Positions 62,053 through 64,000 of a DNA stretch of 64,000 nucleotides are shown here, piece by piece. The notes below the pieces were generated by a model. That model was not told the DNA's origin. It worked only from the letters and a program-made list of their open reading frames with translations, and ran no database searches. The DNA is from Octopus bimaculoides (Eukaryota), in contig NC_068981.1 in NCBI RefSeq assembly GCF_001194135.2, positions 76,919,990 to 76,983,989 on the forward strand, written 5' to 3'. Positions within the stretch are counted from its first letter, which is position 1; the number at the start of each line of letters is the position of its first letter. The translations under genes and the position numbers were made by a program.

Positions 62053-63320
62053 CAGGCGTTGGACAAAATAATGGAAACACCTTACAATTTCAAGCAAATT
62101 TATTTTAATATGGAGTAGGATCGCCTTTGGCAGTAATTACAGCTTTAATTCTACGAGGTATGGACTCGTACAAAGTTTGAATATTTTTCCGAAGGAATTT
62201 TGTCCGTTCTTCAGCTAAAACAGTCTCCAGTTCTTGTAGTGATGATAGTGGAGGATATCGACTCATTACTTGTTTTTTTTCTAAAATACACCATAAATGC
62301 TCGATGATATTGAGATCTGGGTACTGAGGTGGCAAGATAAGATGTTCAGCTTCAGTAGAATGTTCCTCGTGCCGTTCAGTAACAACTTTAGCTGTGGGAA
62401 TTGGTGCATTATCATCCTGAAAGATTGCGCTTCCTTCCCAAAACAGTTCCGCAACCATACGATGAATTTTATCAGACAAAATGCTGAAATAGTCTTGACT
62501 AATAATTCTGCTATGAATGGAAGCCATTGGGCCGGCGGATTTCCCTCCAGATCATCACAGATACTCCTCCATGTTTAACAGTTGGAAGAAGGCAGTCTGG
62601 GTCAAATGCCTCTTTTGGCTATCTCCACACATACACTCGTCCGGTGGTCGGAAATGAGGTAAAGGATGACTCGTCCGAGAAAATAACATTCTTCTACTGC
62701 TCTAGGGACCAATTCTGTAGGTTTTTACTCCACTCTAAACGCTTTGCAACAATTGTTTTTGAAAGTAGTGGTTTTCTGATTGTAGCCCTCCCGTCAAATC
62801 CTACTTTGTGCAGCTCCCGGCGAACAGTTTTCGTGGAAACTGGGTTCTCGAGGTGGTCATTAAGCTCTGCAGTAATTTGGGGAGCTGTACTTTTGTGATA
62901 CTTTCTAACAATTCGCGTAAGAGTCCAACGGTCCCTATCTGAACGTTTTGGTTTTGTTCTGGAATTTTGTTTCGACGAGGAGGTTTTTTTCCCTCTTTCT
63001 CAAAGGTTATCATTACTTTCAAGACAGTACTTCTTGATACACCAAACATTTCGATTGTTTTCGTTACGCTAACGCCTGCCATACGAGCACCATCAACTTT
63101 ACCTCTTTGAAAGTCCGATAGATCTGTCATTTTAATGAATTTTAATTACCTTTTACTGATGATATCTGAAAAGAAACAGCAATTTTAGCAAAACATATTA
63201 AGCAACACTAATAGTAAATAAAAAAAACATAAAAATAAAGAAGCTATTGACGTTTTTATAAATATTCCAAATTTATGATGCTATGATGCTTGGTGTTTCC
63301 ATTATTTTGTCCAATCCCCG
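62053..63320 (-). mobile_element. Full-length (1268 bp) Tc1-superfamily transposon with DD36E triad (Incomer-like), inactivated
   Basis: TA at both flanks (62051-62052, 63321-63322); 29-bp TIRs with the inner 23 nt identical (ttggacaaaataatggaaacacc); transposase remnants between them. Confidence 0.92.
62105..63130 (-). pseudogene. DD36E transposase pseudogene
   Basis: MTDLSDFQRG..GARMAGVSVTKT (HTH), TKTVRRELHK, IFSDES (D1 at 62673-62675), VKHGG.SVMIW, FQDDNAP (D2 at 62411-62413), PDLNIIEHLW (E at 62300-62302). Two frameshifts and two TAG stops. Confidence 0.9.
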
Positions 63321-64000
63321 TATATTCATATAACTATTACACACTATTATGCTATTCATTGGGGCTTAAAAAAACGATAACGTCTTCTTTTAGAAGCACA
63401 CCATGAACCATGAAACGCTGCGTCAGTAATTTCAATCGCTTTTTTTTCTGCATATGAGAAACACATAACTAACACATTTGTATTTTTATTTCAGCCATAT
63501 AATCGTTCTTATTGGCATTTCCTTATACATTAAATAGACGTTGTTTAAAGACTTATGAATTGTCAAGAGTACGAACATGCAAATTAGTCTAACCATCAGA
63601 GCACCAGCCTAATTTTTATCTGTTTTAGATAGCAGCAGACCTACACCGTTGGGAGAGACTTTCGTTTTTTTCTTTTTTTTCTCTCCTTTCAGTTTAGAAA
63701 AACGCATTAAAAACAATTTTTGGCAGCTAATCTAACATTCCTATTGCCGTATATGATACATGATAGTCTTATATACACAAAGTGACATGTCCAGTTGTGT
63801 TTAAGCAATAGTATTAGTAATTATATAAATGTTAGATTTGTAAAAGGAGTGAAACTGCTAACAAAACCCAAGTCGCATTTCAAATATGCATATACAGCAG
63901 TCTAGTTCCCCTTTCTGTTGGCGAACACATTGTAGGTGAGTATATATATATATATATATATATAAATGTATATGCATATATATATATATATATATATATA

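Overview
AT-rich eukaryotic genomic DNA, dense in microsatellites, with 14 assembly gaps (N-runs). The repeat content looks like an octopus/coleoid cephalopod draft scaffold; this is my inference, not shown by the sequence. I cannot support any intact host protein-coding gene. Most supplied ORFs are microsatellite or N-gap artefacts, and the rest are transposon debris. Recognisable elements: Penelope-like elements (PLEs; RT and GIY-YIG fragments), R4/Dong-type LINEs clustered in (TAA)n repeats, Tx1/L1, RTE and CR1-group LINE fragments, a deleted Gypsy LTR retrotransposon, hAT and mariner remnants, a full-length but inactivated Tc1-superfamily transposon with DD36E spacing, several tRNA-derived SINE families, and MITE-like fold-backs. 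The most notable result is three sequence-distinct type I hammerhead ribozyme motifs (14589-14646 minus, 22269-22329 plus, 49274-49338 minus), folded by hand and not tested. One lies downstream of a PLE ORF and one sits inside an inverted-repeat-bounded cassette of about 385 bp.
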